Part shown: positions 1-19,040 of the stretch, in pieces
Position numbering within the stretch: position 1 is the stretch's first letter
Layout of the letters: each line of letters starts with the position of its first letter
DNA from: the human T2T-CHM13v2.0 reference genome, Homo sapiens
Assembly (NCBI RefSeq): GCF_009914755.1
Contig: NC_060933.1
DNA length: 64,000 nt
Reading direction: 5' to 3' (one strand)
Program-made: the position numbers and the translations under genes
The notes under the pieces: model-generated
Seen by the model: the letters and a program-made list of their open reading frames with translations, nothing else
Database searches by the model: none
Told to the model about the DNA's origin: nothing

Positions 1-165
1 CTCATTTAATCCTTATAAGTAATGACATAATATTGGTATTATTATTATCTAAATTTTCTGGAGGTGAAAACTAAGACATACGGAGGTTAAATAACTTGCC
101 CAGTATTGTATATTAAATGGCAGATCTGGGATTTGAATCAGGCAAATTGACTATAAAGACTGCAT
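1..165 (-). mobile_element. MIR SINE fragment
   Basis: Resembles MIR core reverse complement (ctcatttaatcct...gaggttaaataacttgcccag...ctgggatttgaa). Confidence 0.7.
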
Positions 166-1104
166 CAACCTTATTTCTAAAATAATGATATTCTAATAAT
201 TTAAAAGAGTTTCAGAACCTCAAAAATTTATCAGTGACCCACTGTATGTTGAAAACTCATACGGAAAACATTTTGAGTTGAAAAATTCTTCCTCTTTATC
301 TTCTTTCCACTATTTTATTTAAAATGTTTGGACTTGAATTATGTTATTAAGATGATATTCAGATAACATTTAAAAGGAGTTTTGGTACAATTCAGTATCT
401 ATCTCAAAGAACATTTCAATTTCTCCCCAAACATTATGTTGGAGAAAAAACTTTTCTAAACTTGATGCATGACTCTATGACTTTGAGCCATTTGGTGTAA
501 AAAAGTCCCTTCCCATCTATAAAAGGCTTGATTCCTCTTATGACTATAAGTAGGCCAATTGAGCTTGTTTTGTCATTGGTGTTAAACAGGGAAGGCATTG
601 GCTTGCTTCTTTCTTATCATCTGGGAAATTATATATGCTTCCTCTTAATTGTACCCTGTCCACTAAAATGATCAAGAAGGGAAGATGGAACCTGAAGATG
701 AAATCGAAAGTCCTGAAGTCAAAGTATGCCCTACTGACAATTTTAACTAAGACTGGATAAAATATGAGAGGAACAAGAAACATCTGTGTTTATAATCTAA
801 TGAGTCCCTGTAGTTATATGTAGAATAATTGTAGTTACAGTTAACAATTACTGAGTGCTTCCTAGGAGCCACACACTGTGCCAACATTCTTTACACATCA
901 GAGTTAAATACTTAGCTCTCCCAGCAACAGGGTGTTGGGTACTGACAATTCTGAGGAGTAAATCCTATGTGGTGCTGACACCCTGACCTGACAAGTAACA
1001 CTGACCATCTCCTGCTTATGGTAGTAAGAGACTACCATTTTTCTAAGCAAGAAACATCTTCGACTTTTTGTTCCTTTCTCAGATACAGACAGGATGCCCA
1101 TTTG

Positions 1105-1116
<12 letters not shown>

Positions 1117-1143
<27 letters not shown>
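1117..1143 (+). repeat. (AG)n microsatellite
   Basis: Direct reading. Confidence 0.95.
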
Positions 1144-1904
1144 TGAAACTTATTTAAAAATCATGCTTGCTTGGTTTTTATGAGTCTATTAAGGGGTAGG
1201 TAGATAGTTGGCCTTCAGTTTCCTAAATGTGGAAAGAGAGTTGTCATTGGATGCCAACATCAGCTTCAAACATACTCTCATAAACATAATAAATCTCCTT
1301 GTACTGGGAGGTAGTGGAGTTGGCCTCCAGAGACTTATCTGTAAGGCACAGACAATAGCCCTCTGCTGTCTTCTCCAGTGTCTAAGGGAAAGTCGTCAGC
1401 TCTGTAGCCTGAGGGCCTGCAGAGAATGGGAAGCCATGTAACATTGGGATACTTCTTGGCCTTGCAATTGGTAGGGGATACAGGGCATGTGCAACCCTTG
1501 GATCAAAATCTTCTGGTATAACTATATTTATCACATTGGGGTAAAAAAAAATCAAACCATTGTTTCAACCAAAAGGAGGAAGCCCCAAGTATGATAGATT
1601 CCAGAACACATGGGAATTATCACTCTATTTTAAAGCTGAGGATCCCAGGGCTCAATGCAGGTTAAGCTACTTGAGTGATGAAGGCAGAGTTGGAATCCAG
1701 GTTTGTCTGCTTCTAGTACTTGGTTACAATTGCCACATTAGATTGCTTCCCATGGGTTGCACAATTTAAGTGGATGGGCCTGGATCAAATCCAAGCCCAT
1801 AAACCAAATTTATGACTCCCTAAGGAGCTGTGCCTCTGTGTTAGTAGAGATTTTAACAAAATTTATAGATACTGAATATGTATCAGCCCCATTAATGTAT
1901 ATAC

Positions 1905-3050
1905 ATCTGAATTCATTCATTCATTCACTCACTTATTTGTTAAAGATTTATTGAGTGTCTGCTATATATATGCTATGATATTAAGCACAACTAGGCAAAA
2001 GTGAGTACAAGAGAAACATAGAATAATGAATCAGACAGATTCTGCTCTTAAGAGCTTGCATGGGAAGTTAGAGATATACATAAATAAAGTATAAATGACA
2101 AGCACAAGAAAGTTACAAATAAAGGAGGCAAATGGATTCCAGGTGTGTGTGTGTGTGTACACATGCAAATGCAGACATGTGCACGGGTTTGGTAATTGAA
2201 TATGACTAAAGAGAGTGCTCTAAGCTTGAACAATATCAGGGAAATAGAAAATTTAAAAATGACTGTAAGGAGATCTGTTTGGTTAGTGTGATGAATCCAT
2301 AAAGAAGCAATGGAATTTTGGACTGAAACTGCAGGCAAAACATTCTACTTTACGTTCAAAAGAGTGATATGATTGGTTCTGTGCTTCAACAAGGGCTATC
2401 AGGCATTTCTATGGCAAGGGGCCAGCAAACCACTGCCTGTGGGTCAAATTTGTTTTATGGTCTGTTTTTCTGTGACCAGTAACCTGAGAATGATTTTTAC
2501 ATTTTAAAGGGTTGTTCAAAAACAAGAAAGCAAACAAAGAACAGTATGTGACAGAGACTGTATCTGGTATGCAAAACTTGAAATACTTACTATCTGCCAC
2601 TTTACAGAAAAGTTTGCCAACCCCTGCAGTGTGTAGGATGCATTGTTAGGGGGATATTGGACTAGGCGACCAAGTTCATAGGGAATAGCAATAGTCTAGG
2701 CAAGGAAGAATGAGGGTATGAGTGAGAGTGGAACTTGGAAATGCAGGAGCCAGGGGAAAGCAAGGCTAGATATTTGTGCATTTGGGAATTATCTTGATTA
2801 AAATGGTAATTGAAGTCACAATAGTGAATGAAAGGGAAAAGAGCCAATAATTGATCATAGTTAAACATTTATTTTTAGAGTGGTGAGGAAGAAGAGGATC
2901 TAACAATGGAAAAAGAAAACAAATGGTAACAGAAGTGTTAAAGAAACAGAAAATTGAGAGTCTAACATGAAATTCACAGGAAAGTAACTTTAAGAAGAAA
3001 GAGGAAGTTGATAGCCTCAAATGCTATAGAAAATTTACTAAAAAGGTTGC
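1905..3050 (-). mobile_element. L2 LINE fragments (interrupted by a MER58 element)
   Basis: attcattcattc...tttattgagtg L2 3' end, followed by purine-rich L2-like sequence. Confidence 0.55.
2415..2626. mobile_element. MER58-family hAT-Charlie DNA transposon
   Basis: Ends ...ctttacagaaaagtttgccaacccctg. Confidence 0.7.
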
Positions 3051-3324
3051 AAAAGTTATGGCCTAATATCTTTGCTTCCATTTATTCCATTAGCACAATT
3101 TGTAAGTCCTTGGCTTTTGCTTGCCTTATGCTGCCCTGCCCAAGAGAGAATGTGGTGTTAATGAGGTATTAGAGCCATAGCTGCCAGGGTACAACAGTGA
3201 CCTAGCCCTTAAGTTTAGCTTCTCATGTTGTATGTCTATTATGTTCTAAATAAAGGTAGATGCCAAGTCTCTTCTAACTCTCCTCAAAGTACTTCTTCTC
3301 CATGTCAACTGGTGGATATGTGAT

Positions 3325-3682
3325 TGCTAGGATTTGAATATTTGTGTCTCCTTCAAATTCATATTGACTCTTAATCACCAAGATGATAGTATTAGGAGGT
3401 GGGGCCTTTGAGAAGTGATTAGGTCCTGAGGTCTTTGCCCTGATGAATGGGATTAGTGCCCTTACGAAAAAGGCCTGAGGAAGCTTGCTTGCCCCCTCCA
3501 CCACATGAAGATGCAGCAAGAATGTACCATTTACGAGAAAGTGGGCCCTAACCAGATACTGAATCTGCCAGAGTCTTGATCTTGGACTGTCCAGCCTCCA
3601 GAACTGTGAACAATAAATCTCTGTTGTTTATAAACTACCTAGATTATGGTATTTCATTATAGCAGCCTGAACAGACTAAAAC
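3325..3682 (+). mobile_element. MLT1A-type MaLR solo LTR
   Basis: tgctagg...gtattaggaggtggggcctttg...gggattagtgccctta...caataaat...atagcagcctgaacagactaaaaca. Confidence 0.85.
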
Positions 3683-3735
3683 AATGGTCCCTGGAGACTT
3701 CTTGACTGACGAGGGTTAAGAAAAAATTAGTTTAT

Positions 3736-4035
3736 TTTGTTTTTTATTTTTTTGAGACAGGGTCTTGCTCTGTCCCCTGGGCTGGAGTGCAGTGGTGTGA
3801 TCTCAGCTCACTGCAGCCCCAAACTCCCAGGCTTAAGAGATTTAGCTAGAACTCCGGTTGCATGCCAACACAACCAGTTCATTTCTGTATTTTTTTTGTG
3901 GAGATAGGGTTTTGCTATGTTGCCTAGGCTGGTCTCAAACTCCTGGGCTCAAGTGATCCACACTTCTCAGCCTCCCATTACTAATATACAGTCCCAATGT
4001 CCTGGGACTATGGGCATGAGCCACTGTGTCCAGAC
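3736..4035 (-). mobile_element. AluJ, degenerate
   Basis: polyT-gagacagggtcttgctctg...; flanking repeats aaaattagtttatttt / aaaagttggtttatttt. Confidence 0.85.
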
Positions 4036-5149
4036 AAAAGTTGGTTTATTTTCATTCTTGTGTATCCTGAATTGATGTACTGAATAAACAGACTTAGTAC
4101 TCTAGTATGCAATGTTTGCTTCTTGATTTTAGAATCATTATTGCAAATGAGAACCAGCTGTAGGGAAGTAGGAAGTCCATGTTACCATACTATAAAGTCT
4201 GCGAGGTACATTACAAAAACCCCCAAGATATAGTCTAGGAATTAAGACGTTAAAGTAATTTTACCACTTAAATTATGATTAGAAAGCTATTTTTTTTCTT
4301 TTTACATTCAGGCCATGAGTGCACCAATAAATACTCAATAACTAGCACAAATCCAAAATAAGCCATTGGACAACTATCTTATTTTGGAAACTATAGGGCA
4401 GAGTTAAGAAATAGTAAATAACATCCTGCTTATTAAAATTGTTAAAGCAATTTACCAAAAACTGTGTAGTAATAAAGTCAGAAAACTGAAATGTGCTCTA
4501 GGTTCTGAGATAAGAAGAATAAAAGTCAGATTATTTCCTATATTTCATAAACAAGTAGTACTAAAATGAAGTCATCCTGGAGAAGGCAACAAATTGGTAT
4601 AAAGTTATTCGTGCTTTATTTAATTTTTATCTTCTAACATAATTAAATATGAGCTAACATTTCACCTTTATGGAAAAAGAAGTCTGGCATATGAATATTT
4701 CATTTGGTAAGAGAAGCATAATGGATAAAGTCCATTTGACCCAGATGTAGATTCAATGGCTAATTATTGAAATCTCTCTTCCTTTCTCTTTCTTGACAGT
4801 CACTGCATGTATCTCATTTAAAATAATTACTATTTAATCTGGGTTGTGATAACCAACTAATTCTAGCAGAGGTTACGCACATCATAAATAGTGTCAGGGT
4901 CCCTACAGAAGCAACGATATATAACAGCTTTCACCAACACGCAGCTTAGACATAGGCTACTAGGCTGTACTGTAAGATTGTACTATGCATTTTTCTGTTG
5001 AAAATCAGAGTAAGCAGTTGTGAGATGTCATAGCTGGATGCTCGCAGTTTCATGTGATCATGGAAGTGGAAATGGCAGCAGAAGAGAATCTTTTCCCAGA
5101 TGAAAGAAAGTATGGGAGTTTGGAAAGCCTAAATTATAGGCTGGGAAAC

Positions 5150-5830
5150 AGGGTGGTAAAAAGAAGTAATTGAAGTGTGGGGATTCATCCAGACTGCATT
5201 CAGACTGTGGAGGGCCTCAAAGCCACATTAAATAGTTTGGACACTTGTTAGTAGCAAAAGCAAGTCCTTGAAACTATCTGAGCAAATAAGTTAACAAGTC
5301 AGGCCTGGGCCTCAAGCATCAAGCCTGGAGGAGTGTTTGGAATAGCTTGGAGGACAGACAACAAGGTTTCCTTTCTGGGACTAGGTAGGAACACAGAGTA
5401 ATGGCCCTGGTGAAGAAAACTGAGGCTCAGAATGAGGATGATGGCACTGGAATCGAAGTAGAGCAGGCAGATGTGAGAGACACTGCCGAAAGAAACTCAG
5501 AATAACTTGGCCACAACTGGCTGGTGGCGGTGGCAATGAGGATAGGGGAACTGAAGCTTTCAAGACTGAGAAAATGAAACGAGAATTGGAAGGGGAAATA
5601 TTGTGGAGATGTAGGGCTGGGAAGCACTGGAGGATGTTGGATAGGCTGATTTTGTTTCTGGACATGTAGAACTTGAAGTAATGACGAGACAACCAGGTGA
5701 GACATCCAAGCGCAAGCTGTAAGTATGGTTGGAGAGATTGAGAGAGCAAGGTTAAGGCCAGAAATAGTTTTGTGAATAATCTCCAATGAGGTTGTTGGTG
5801 AAGCCAACAGGAGATGTATGATATTACCAA
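5150..5830 (-). mobile_element. L2 LINE fragment
   Basis: L2-like motifs (ttttgtttctggacatgtagaacttgaag...gacatccaag). Confidence 0.55.
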
Positions 5831-5899
5831 GAAAAAAAAAAAAGGTCTTATAAGGAAATACCTAAATGAGACTTAGCAATTGAGACTATCTTACTGAAT

Positions 5900-6340
5900 A
5901 AATGAATGAAATTTAAAATGTATTCAGGGTAATTAGCACAGAATACATGCAATTAGACTAATTTACCACTAAAAATAGAGCATCTAATATGACGTTAAAA
6001 ACAAAAGCTATATATAATTTTTAAGAAACTCATCTAACATATAGGGTGCAGAAAAGCTGAAAATAAAAGGAGAAAAAGCATGAAAATGTCCTATATTGGG
6101 AAAGTACGAACTAAAAGAAGTTGATGTAAGTGGATTAATATCAGATGAAATGAAATGCAAGACAAAGCATTGTCAGGAATAAACAAAGTCTCTGAATAAT
6201 GATAGAAAAATATTTCACCAGGAAATATAGCTAGTCTAAAAACTTATAAGCCTAACAACATCATCTCAAAATACATAAAGCAAAAATTTGACAGAATTTT
6301 AAAGAGAAATTGACACAATCTCCCATGATAGGAGACTTAA
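5900..6340 (+). mobile_element. Ancient L1M fragment (endonuclease region)
   Basis: ctcaaaatacataaagcaaaaatttgacagaa resembles the old L1 ORF2 5' region. Confidence 0.55.
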
Positions 6341-6850
6341 AATTACTTCTTCAAAAAATGACACAAAGAACAAAAGGACTGAGAAAAAAGAAGTTTCAGG
6401 TAATGTCCACATTATGGATGAAAGTAATGAGAAACGTAAGGAAAAGAGGAGGAGAAACAGAAAAGTTGGAGGACTAGCAGAAAAGTACAATGTCATTGAA
6501 ATTTTAGGAAGGTAGAAAAGACAGAAGTAGAACCCAATGCAGAGGGAGTAATAGAGTTACTGTTCAAGAAATGTACATTTTCTAGAGAAAAAATTATGGA
6601 GGAAATGCAAAGTGATGGGATGTGTTGCCTGTTTAGAGAATGACTGTAGAGAAGAAGAGGGGCACTACTTCCTCTGATACTACATAGAAAAAAAAGGCAT
6701 GGCTCAAGATATAGTCACACTGGGATAAAGGAGAAGAAAGTAGAGGAGCTTACATTTATGACCTTTGATTTCCTTTAAGGAGGAGTCTTCTGTTGAGCAT
6801 GAGGAGAATGAATCTTTAATTTCAATGCAGTTTCAATCCACATCTCAACA

Positions 6851-6852
6851 GT

Positions 6853-6893
<41 letters not shown>

Positions 6894-6912
6894 CGCATAC
6901 ACATGTACATGC
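6851..6912 (+). repeat. (GT)n(GC)n alternating purine-pyrimidine tract
   Basis: Direct reading. Confidence 0.95.
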
Positions 6913-7388
6913 AACCTGAAAGGCTGAGTTTAAAATTTATCTATAAGAGCAAAGGGCTAAAATAGTTGGCAACTCTGGAGAAGTGTCACAAGGAGTGTGA
7001 CTTGCCCTATCATACATCAGGGCTTATTATAAAGTTACACTGATTAGAAAAATAGGGCACCAGGGAAGGACTAGACAAGTAGGGAAGCCAGAAAGGCTCA
7101 TGTATAGGTGGAAACCTGCTTTATGAAAGAGCTGGCATTATGCGACATAAGGATGGACCATTAAATAAATGACGCAAGGTCAGCTAGTCATCTACATGGA
7201 TCTCCACTTCATATCATACACAAAAAAAATCAGTTATGGATGGGTTACAGGTTTAATGTTGAAGGTGAAACTAGACACATTTTAGTAGAATATATAGAAG
7301 AATATCTTTTTGATATTTTGGTAAAGAAGATTTTATTAAACATGAGGCAAAAAGCACAAAACATAAAAAAGGCTGATACATTTAGCTG

Positions 7389-8041
<653 letters not shown>

Positions 8042-9967
8042 TACATTAAATTTGAGAATTTCTATTTATCAAAGTACATCAAAAAAAGTGAAAAAACAAG
8101 CCCCAAACTGAGAAAATGTATCTGTAACACAACCAACAAAAGATTAGTATTTAACATATATAAAAAGAATAAGAGGAAGTGGCTGTGGTTTGAAACTTGG
8201 AAAGAATATAAAAGATTTAGAACAATGATTGTAGGGAATAGGAGAGCCTATTGACTAGAGATAAATACGAGGATTGGCTGGTGTTATTGAAAGCCTAATC
8301 CAATTAGACTGAATGACTCAGCTTTGGGAGTGGTACGAGAAGCATCAGGCACATAGAATAGAGTAATTGACAGGTGAGGGAACCCAGATGGGAGCAGGGA
8401 GGGTGGAAAGACATAGTGCAAACTCTCAACAAGGCACAAGGTAAAGAAAACTATTTTGAACATGTTTTTACACAGATTGCTTGAGGCGTTTGATCTCAGG
8501 CTCGTGAACAGAGAAGCCTGGCATCCAGGTTCAGGTTCAATATGAATGAAGTGGTGGGAGGGGGGAGGTAGGGCAGTTATCTTTGGAGTGGGGAGTAGAT
8601 TTTAAAGTCTTAGATTTTGGAGCAGCAAGGCTTTGAGTGGAGGCATGATTCCCAGGTGTGACTGGGAAGAAATGGAAAGATGAACTGATTGGACGCTAGG
8701 AGGTCTGGCCGCTGTCAGGGGAGTAGAGTGAATGATAGGACTCACCAGTGTGGAAGCAGAAGGTGGTGAACTAGGAGCAGGGCTGGTGTTGTCATCACCA
8801 TGACTTGTTTAGGGCCACACAACCATGGGGCTTACAATGCCAAGTCTAAGTGGTCCTCCTACACTCCAGGGTATCAAAAGCAAATGTACTGCCCCAGTCT
8901 GGGGTTGGTGGTTTGGCAGTGGCGATAGAGGAAGGCTTCTGCAGGAGCTCAGAGGACAGACAGGAGCTCCAGGAGGCAGCAGCAGAAAAGGAGCTGGCAC
9001 TGCCCTCTGGAACATAAGGCTCTTGGTTTCTATGCACATAATCAGCCTCACTGTGTGCATGGTCACCTGTGTCCCCTTTTCCTGGTCTTGATATTCTTTA
9101 TGACCAAACCCCTCTTGAGGAGGAAGATAATAGAGAGACATCTGATCTGTGACATCTGTTCCCCAATGAATATGTTGCAGATAGTCTTTATCTCTTTAAT
9201 TTCTATTCTTTACCTGAAAACAATGATAGAACTTAGGTTATAGGTTGATTTCTAGAAGGACCTATCTTTTTTAAAGGGGACAGGTTTTGAGTAAGCAGAG
9301 GAGTGAATTACTTCAAGATCTATATGAAATGAGCAGAAAGTACAGCAGTATCTGTGTGAAGATGTCGTGAGGGGCTGCCCCACCTAGCTTGAAATTGCAG
9401 GCCCAGGGAATATTTTTCATGAGGCCACAGCACCCAGAGGCCCATCCATAGTGCAGGCTTTATTATGTAAGTCAGTTAAGTGCTGGGATGAGAAAGATGT
9501 CACATCAACTCTAGAACCAAATAGCTTAGCCAAACTTGGCAACGGTTAGACTGGCCTCATAATATTATACCCCATATAGTTTGTAAGGGGAATCAAAAGA
9601 AACTTGAAGGATACAAGAGAAAAGAGAAACTCTATGACGATGCAATGCCTCCTTGTTTTGTGTGCTATGCTATGGAGCCTAATGAGTAGAAAACACGGGG
9701 TCTGCAGCAAGACAGTCCTAGCTTGGCTCTTCCTGGCTCTGTACATCTCCCCACCTCTCTTAGCCTCAGTTCCTTTCCTTGTCTCTGCAAGAGGAGAAAA
9801 CAATGCCTACTTTGTGTCTACCTTATTTTCAAGGCATCTGGTACCGTCCATGTACATAAGTAGTCCCTCAAAATTTGAAATTATAGTTATACTGTAATTT
9901 TGATTTAAAAATTTCTAACTTATTTTTGCCCGGATGTGGAGATAAATTGTTGCTTCTTAAGAACACA

Positions 9968-14825
<4,858 letters not shown>

Positions 14826-15669
14826 AAGAACTCATTTCCTGAGCCTGGAGCTAGGAATACCTCACATTTCTTATAACAAATAACTTGCATAAAATGCAGT
14901 TAACTTTTTCAGCAGAGACCACGATTAAACAACATGAAATTTAGGCAGAATTCTGCAAAAACAGTCCCATGAAATACCTAGAAAAGTTCATTCAGCCTCA
15001 TTTGGTTTTATGACTTCCCACTGGTTCCTAGAATTTTGCTCCTAGCTGCCTTTCTAGCAAATTTGCAGGACTGCTGAAATGTATAGTCCTGGTAAGGTTT
15101 GTCAGTTAGAATTGGCCTCAGCATTGGAAAAGCATCAGTACTCAGAAGATAATCCCTACTGTGGCATGTAGAAGCTCAGGGCTTCAGTGCCTCCCTGGAT
15201 AGAGGAAGTATTCGAGCTGCAACACCATGAGCTAACGACATCCGAGATGGGAGGATGTCACATGTGGGTGGTACCTTCGTGCGTAGTAGAGTTCTCTTGG
15301 AATGACAGCAGCCATGACCGTGTGCCCCACCCGCTCGCTGGCTTCTATATATGGGGCAGCCAGACTGTGTACCTAGGTATTGTCCTATTCTTCTCATCTT
15401 CACTCATCTCATCCCAAACCTGGAAGCTGCTGAAAGGTTTCTCACAAAGGCTGTGTGGATGCTTTTTGGAGATGGGTCTTGCCCACTCTAATCAATTCCT
15501 TTTTTTTTTTTTTTCTAAACATTTTGCTATCTCTCTCAGCAGTTGGGTTTAACTGACCTTTGAGAATAGTCTCTCTGGCTGAGGCCTGGGGGCATCTACC
15601 CAGAGTGGGTGATCCACTGCATTGGCTTCAGTGAGACACTTTCTGAATAAAAATACTCCATACAGAGGT

Positions 15670-15855
15670 TAAACATCACTGGTTTTGAGTCTTAGCTCCT
15701 CATTTACTAATCAAATGAGCCGGGTTTCCTCATCTGTAAGATGAGGGTAATAATTGTACCTCTCTCATCAGGACAGTTGCAAAGGTCATATGAGTTTATA
15801 TGCATAAAGATCTTGCTCCCTGCTTGGCAGATAGCAAGTTCTTGTTAAATGTTTG
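15670..15855 (+). mobile_element. MIR
   Basis: tttcctcatctgtaagatgagggtaataa core. Confidence 0.7.
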
Positions 15856-16278
15856 AGTAAGCAGAGAACAAAATCACATGATTTTGTTCACCCTAGCAGG
15901 GTCTCTGATCATACCACATTTGTAAGACATTTTGCTCTGATTTTAGAAACACATTTTGCTCTGATTTTAGATTCTTCCAGGATTTCTTATGTTTCTCCGT
16001 TTTCTACCTGTACAGATTAGTGTAACAGCCTGGACCCTTTGTCATTAAAGCTATTTGACAGAAAGCACCTCAGTGGTTCATGACTTCCAAGCAAAATGAA
16101 ATCCGAAACCTAAGAAGATCAAGCTGAAGCGTTCTCCAGGAGGGGACCAATTTTATCACTTCAACTCATTTTGTTGAGGCAGTCAGAGCGTTTGGATGAG
16201 CTCCAAAAGGAAATGATGCTAAAACTCTGCTGCACACACCTTATTAACTCGAAGGCAGTAAAAGCAGTGTCTTAGTTA

Positions 16279-16587
<309 letters not shown>

Positions 16588-18061
16588 TCAACCAACTCCT
16601 ATTCAGCAAGTATTTCTGAGAAATACAGAGCTCAAGAGGAAATAATGAGGGTTTACTTTAGATAGGAGTTATTTCTGTATTTTTCTCACAAAAGGTATCC
16701 CGCCTGTGATAATTTAAAAAGCAAGGCATTTAAAAATAAATCAATTTTACTCTCTCAGAAACCAACAGTCGAAAGATTGATTTACATATTTTAATTTTAT
16801 TTTTCTGTTTTTCATATGGCATGTGTCTAATGCCCTTTTCCTCAAGTTTGCTTATCAAAAATTACCTTCAATTAACCATCTGCATCTTCTTGTTAAGAAT
16901 TTGCTATAGTACTGTTCTTAACAGTACTATATAAATCTCCTAACAGTACTGCAGGAGATTTAAATTGCAGCGTCATGTCTAATTGTGGAAATAAAGACAG
17001 TATTTCATTAATAAGTTTTTGAACATCCATAAGCAGAAATAGGAATTATGTTTTCCCAAAAATCATTTCATGTAGGCAGCAGCCTGTCTGGCCTATGATT
17101 TAGGTATTCATTATTTACGTCAAGCTTTTGTTCTGTTACAGTGAACAGTAAGACAGTATAGTATTAGCTGCCTGATTAAAAGATACTTTTATGCTATAGA
17201 AGAATAAATGAAAACAGGAAAGAGGCATCATATCTAATCAATGCTCAATTATGTCTTAAATATGAATCAATCACAACTAATTTTTAACTTCTTTCTCATT
17301 ACCCTGGTGAGAACAGGGCTTTCTCTACTAGCCATTAAATGGCAGGGATGGAAAACTCACTTTATTAATAACAGATACTATTTAAATTCAGGAAGACAAA
17401 ACTGCTCTCAAGGACCAGTGGCAAAATTACCATAATTTACCTAGTATTTTACAGATTACAAATTGCTTTCATAATTAAAGTATCAGCAACTCCTAAATAA
17501 AATAGTAAAATAAATTATCTCAGTTGCTGATTACAGGAACTCTATAGACAAGGGATTTGTTCTATTTCACAGGCAGGACATTTTAGCCAGAAAGAGCCCA
17601 ATGTTTAAGTTCACGCAACAAATAAGTGACAGAGTTATCAGAATCAGAACCTAGTTCTTCTGAATATTTGTCCAGGGCTCTTTCCACCACACCATGTTGC
17701 CTCTGTTTACACCAAGTGGATCACACCACTGCCTCTCTTCATCACTGTGGCTATTTGAGCAGGCAGTTGTGGAGTTTCCTTCAACATGAAAGCAAGAAAA
17801 ACTTTATTGCTTAAAAGAAGGCAAGATGGGGAGCCAGAAGATGTCTTCTTATCAGTGACCTGCTGTGCTCCAGTTTATGTGAGGTTCATCTGAACTCACT
17901 AGGTTGGATATTATGATGGCCCTGCTTTGAGGAGGGTGGCATTCCTCATGACAGGACTATACCAACGATCCTGGAAGGTCACTCAGCTGGATGAAGGACT
18001 GGGTCACCCCTTCCCCCACTCCTACAAAGTGTATATTCTATATCAAGAATATACACATTTA

Positions 18062-18342
<281 letters not shown>

Positions 18343-18454
18343 TTTATATTTAGAAAAAGAGGATGGTTGAAAAAAATAATGCCAAATCCTCTCTTAAGAT
18401 TATCTTAATTATTCTGAATGATTCTGTGGTCTTAGCTGTGGACCAGATTGAAAT

Positions 18455-19040
18455 CATTTATTCATTCATTCATTTGTTTAGTCATTCAACAAATGCATAG
18501 TGAATGTCTACTTAGTGCCACACACTAGGATGTGCCAGGAACAGAGGAGCTATATATGCACTCCCAGCCTTCAATGAGCTTATGCACCAGTGGAGTAGAA
18601 AGATGTGAATCAGCAATTCAACCATGATTGTCAGTGGAAAAGAAGTAAAGAAACTTGTGGCAAATGAATTTAATCTAATCTAAGGGGTTCAGGGAAGACT
18701 CTTCTGAGGAAGTGCTGTTTTATCTGAGACATGAATGAATGAGCATCGGCATAGTTGGGGTTGGTAGGGTTGGGTAAGAGAATTAACAGCAGACGAAATG
18801 GCATGAATGGGCCCAGTTTGGAAAAAATAAAAGGTCAGTATGGCTGGAGCTGAGAAAGCAAATTAAAGAGTGGAACAAAATAGGGCTGCAGAGGGAGTGA
18901 GCAGGAACAAGATCAATGGGGACTTCGAAGGTGACGTTATAGAGATTTTAGGTTTTATCCCCCAGACAATGAAAAGCCATTGAAAGATTTAAGCAGAAGG
19001 ATGGCATGATCACATTTGTGTTGCCAATTAATTTTCTTGA
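18455..19040 (-). mobile_element. L2 3' fragment
   Basis: ttcattcattcatt...caacaaat L2 tail and downstream L2-like body. Confidence 0.65.

Noticed and set aside
5050-5057. TCATGTGA MITF-type M-box (also CACGTG near 39993 and 61049)
   Set aside because: Single short motifs are expected by chance in 64 kb; no supporting context visible.
5381-5830. Overlapping 149-aa and 126-aa ORFs
   Set aside because: Lie in decayed L2 sequence; no splice or homology support.
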